64,000 bases of DNA from a virus (lineage: Duplodnaviria; Caudoviricetes), in the IMG/VR virus record IMGVR_UViG_3300042318_000959, positions 5,802 to 69,801 of that record; one strand, written 5' to 3'. Made by a program: the position numbers and the translations under genes. Within the stretch, counting starts at the first letter, position 1; each line of letters opens with the position of its first letter. Below, piece after piece: positions 63,947 to 64,000 of the stretch. The notes beneath the pieces were generated by a model. It was not told the origin of the DNA and did not search any database. It saw only the letters and a program-made list of their open reading frames with translations.

Positions 63947-64000
63947 ATGAAAATTGTAACACAAAATGCAGTAAATTGTTTCAACAAAGGGGGGAACGCA
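63947..64000 (+). CDS. Partial ORF running off the right edge
   Basis: AGT-ATG after TACATTTG (63904); MKIVTQNAVNCFNKGG... Confidence 0.55.
   Translation, partial: MKIVTQNAVNCFNKGGNA

Noticed and set aside
1-64000. Stop-codon reassignment as in some crAss-like phages
   Set aside because: Genes are long and tightly packed under the standard code, and TAG ends real genes (recA, 52752, 53166, 57018).
1-64000. Virion RNA polymerase, DNA polymerase, integrase or transposase
   Set aside because: No such motifs were recognised in this window. They may lie outside it.

Overview
This is a 64-kb segment of a large, AT-rich lytic podophage of a Bacteroidota (probably Flavobacteriia-like) host, with crAss-like virion gene organisation. 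The host call rests on about 19 TTTG-N19-22-TAnnTTTG-type promoters, A-rich SD-less starts, an SSB-type DDLPF tail, and DUF1573-like and PKD-like domains. Bases 1-46.9 kb are all on the minus strand and form the late/structural module. In order of transcription it holds small regulators, terminase, portal, scaffold, major capsid, ring proteins, a lysis cassette, about 12 tail fibre/adhesin genes, more ring proteins, a split muzzle (tail stabilization) protein and two large cargo-like proteins. From 47 kb onward everything is on the plus strand: an SF2 helicase, RecA, a GIY-YIG-like nuclease, PhoH, an SSB, a GroEL with a divergent GroES-like partner, thioredoxin, a degenerate tRNA-Met(CAT) and several structured non-coding segments. 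A putative genome-end region at 57.9-58.5 kb is followed by cassette-like early genes. The standard genetic code is used. The most promising leads are: (1) cargo proteins built as modules separated by a recurring [YFHML]-x-x-[GA]-G motif, which may be a processed polyprotein system; (2) a lysis cassette whose outer spanin lacks a lipobox and instead ends in four beta-strands and a terminal Phe, like a trimeric-autotransporter anchor; (3) two thrombospondin type-1 repeats in a tail protein; (4) a cargo protein with three peptidoglycan-enzyme domains; (5) a chaperonin module; and (6) four or five candidate structured RNAs. All family assignments come from motif recognition by eye, with no database searches run.
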